Position numbers and translations under genes: made by a program. Below the pieces are notes generated by a model. That model did no database searches, was not told the origin of the DNA, and was given only the letters and a program-made list of their open reading frames with translations. DNA of 64,000 bases from Candidatus Ozemobacteraceae bacterium. Lineage in GTDB: Bacteria; Muiribacteriota; Ozemobacteria; Ozemobacterales; Ozemobacteraceae. Positions 62,257 to 64,000 of the stretch are shown here, piece by piece; within the stretch, counting starts at the first letter, position 1; each line of letters opens with the position of its first letter. Location of the stretch: assembly GCA_965140445.1 (NCBI GenBank), contig OZ223236.1, forward strand, positions 4,992,001 through 5,056,000. Reading direction: 5' to 3'.

Positions 62257-63558
62257 CTATGCGGTAAAGAAAGCCTGCAAAGCTTGATACATCAATTTGT
62301 GATCATCAATTCCACACAATTCTCTGACTGAATGCATAGCCAGAATTGGTATGCCAACGTCCACTGAAGGAATATCAAGATGAGTTGAAGAAATAGGTCC
62401 TATTGTTGATCCACCGCGCATGTCAGATCTATTTACAAATCTCTGCGTTTTTAACCCAGCTTTAGCACAAATTTGCTCAAAAATTGATATTGAATGAGCA
62501 TCAGAGGTGTAGCTTCTGTTAGCGCTGACTTTTATAACTGGTCCACCGTTAATAAGCGGTCTGTTTGTAGGATCACATTTTGTCCCAAGATTTGGATGCA
62601 AAGCATGTGCCCCATCTGCTGAAACAATAAAGGAATTGGCGCAGGCTCTAAAAAAGCTCTCTTTATTCCCGCCTTGAATCTCTACGATTCTTTCAATGGT
62701 TCCAGCCAGGATGTTAGAATCTGCGCCCTGCCTGGTTGTGCTTCCAACTTCCTCGTTATCAAAACACGCCATCACACAGGTTTGCTTAGGCTTTTTCAAT
62801 TCTGAAAGGGCAAGAATCCCGGCATGAACAGCTTCCAGATCATCAATTCGTGAACACGAAATCAAACCATCAGCTGCACCGATGATTGCCCCTTTTTCAT
62901 GCTCATAAAGGAACAAATCAAAATCAAGAATCTCATCAACACCGATTTTCAACTCTGAAGCTAAAAGCTTTATCAAATACCCCTTAGCCTGCAGATTTTC
63001 ATTTATTGCTCCTAAGAAAGGAAGCATGTCTGTCTGTTGATTAAAAGCATAACCAGAATTAGCTTCGCGATTCATATGAATAGCAATATTTGGAATAATG
63101 CAAATAGGCTTATTAATATTTACCAGCTTCACCTTAGGAGCCAAAGCCGATTTCCCCTTTAACATCACCCTGCCAGCAATCGCTAGTGGCCGATCCATCC
63201 ATGTACTTAAAATCGGGCCGCCATAAACTTCTGTATTTAACTTCAGGTATTTCCCTTCTGCAACCATCTCCGGAGCAGGTTTTATTCGAAAACAAGGGGA
63301 GTCTGTGTGAGCACCAACAATCCTGAAACCGTTTTCCTCAACGTTTTTATTCCCGATAACAAAGGCGATTAGAGCAGAATCATTTCGGGAAAAGAAATAT
63401 CCTTTTCCTGACTGAAGCTTCCACTTTTCACCCTCTTGAAGTTCTACAAATTTTTTCTTCGTTAGTATTTTTTTTACCGATTCAACAGCATGGAAAGCCG
63501 TTGGGCTTGAGTAACAAAAATCAATTAAATTTTCTGCAAATTCTTTAGTCTTTATCAT
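62257..63558 (-). CDS. apeB: M18 family (aspartyl) aminopeptidase
   Basis: SPTAFHAV, GAHTDSP, YGGPILSTWMDR, RIDD, DNEEVGS, SADGAHALHPN, GGSTIGP, AMHS. ATG at 63558 with AGGAG RBS. Confidence 0.93.
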   Translation of the reverse strand: MIKTKEFAENLIDFCYSSPTAFHAVESVKKILTKKKFVELQEGEKWKLQSGKGYFFSRNDSALIAFVIGNKNVEENGFRIVGAHTDSPCFRIKPAPEMVAEGKYLKLNTEVYGGPILSTWMDRPLAIAGRVMLKGKSALAPKVKLVNINKPICIIPNIAIHMNREANSGYAFNQQTDMLPFLGAINENLQAKGYLIKLLASELKIGVDEILDFDLFLYEHEKGAIIGAADGLISCSRIDDLEAVHAGILALSELKKPKQTCVMACFDNEEVGSTTRQGADSNILAGTIERIVEIQGGNKESFFRACANSFIVSADGAHALHPNLGTKCDPTNRPLINGGPVIKVSANRSYTSDAHSISIFEQICAKAGLKTQRFVNRSDMRGGSTIGPISSTHLDIPSVDVGIPILAMHSVRELCGIDDHKLMYQALQAFFTA

Positions 63559-63638
63559 TCCGTCTCCTGTCATTAAACAGTCTTTGCTAGATATTAGCAC
63601 AATCTTTATTCATAGTCCTGTTTTTCAAACTTCGCCCT

Positions 63639-63665
63639 TAATAAAAATGATTTTGAGGCCGATAT
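63639..63665 (+). promoter_or_regulatory. Possible sigma28 (FliA/SigD)-type promoter
   Basis: TAAT-N15-GCCGATAT versus consensus TAAA-N15-GCCGATAA, 40 bp upstream of the ATG at 63706. Confidence 0.45.
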
Positions 63666-63705
63666 AAATCAAAGATAAACAAAAAAAATCTTAGGTAAAC
63701 AAATT

Positions 63706-64000
63706 ATGACAAATATCGATTCCGTACAACGTAGTTTAGATGGTTTCTTTCCAGTCAGCGAAAATGCAAAGAAAATTGAAGTTTCAATTTATTCCGCCAA
63801 ACAAATCGATCGCTTTGAAAAGCAGCCAAACGAAAGTATAGCTACGCAAAGCAATATGAATAAAATGTCTCCTGCTGATCAATACAAATATATGGAAAAT
63901 CCTCAACGATATCTGGAATCCGCTAAACTTAAAAACAATCTTGGCGATCCCTATGGAACCCTTGCTGCGGCAAATTCTGTTATTCGCAAAGCTCTTCTGC
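63706..64000 (+). CDS. Hypothetical protein, 3'-truncated by the window edge (not in the ORF track)
   Basis: Open frame MTNIDSVQRSLDGFFPVSENAK...GDPYGTLAAANSVIRKALL runs to the window end; AGGT RBS upstream. Confidence 0.65.
   Translation, partial: MTNIDSVQRSLDGFFPVSENAKKIEVSIYSAKQIDRFEKQPNESIATQSNMNKMSPADQYKYMENPQRYLESAKLKNNLGDPYGTLAAANSVIRKALL

Noticed and set aside
1..64000. CRISPR arrays, tRNA/rRNA, IS elements, prophage, reverse-transcriptase systems
   Set aside because: Intergenic gaps are all about 200 bp or shorter, with no spaced direct repeats, and no ORF shows transposase, integrase, RT or phage motifs. Judged by eye only.

Overview
A gene-dense, AT-rich bacterial chromosomal window with no rRNA, tRNA, CRISPR array, integrase or transposase that I can see. 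It carries transport genes (two RND permeases, a MATE pump, a TetR-controlled LolA-like/ABC/beta-barrel operon, MntP), signalling genes (two hybrid histidine kinases, a stand-alone Cache sensor, a diguanylate cyclase coupled to an orphan TAXI binding protein, an ECF sigma/anti-sigma unit), secreted enzymes (phospholipase D, gingipain-like C25 peptidase) and housekeeping genes (tlyA, cobB, M18 aminopeptidase). The main result is an ~18 kb tandem array (34165-52255, minus strand) of three paralogous ~2000-aa membrane proteins. Each is an internal duplication of [TM-ectodomain-TM-TM-ectodomain-TM-HAMP-class III cyclase]. In all three, the two cyclase domains are degenerate in a complementary way: the first keeps the two metal-binding Asp but lacks the Asn/Arg pair, and the second keeps Lys/Thr/Asn/Arg but lacks the first Asp. 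This matches the C1/C2 pseudo-heterodimer logic of animal membrane adenylyl cyclases, here in a bacterial receptor. From recollection, such giant double-cyclase proteins suggest Candidatus Riflebacteria, but I could not verify the taxonomy. All calls are from motif reading by eye, with no database searches.
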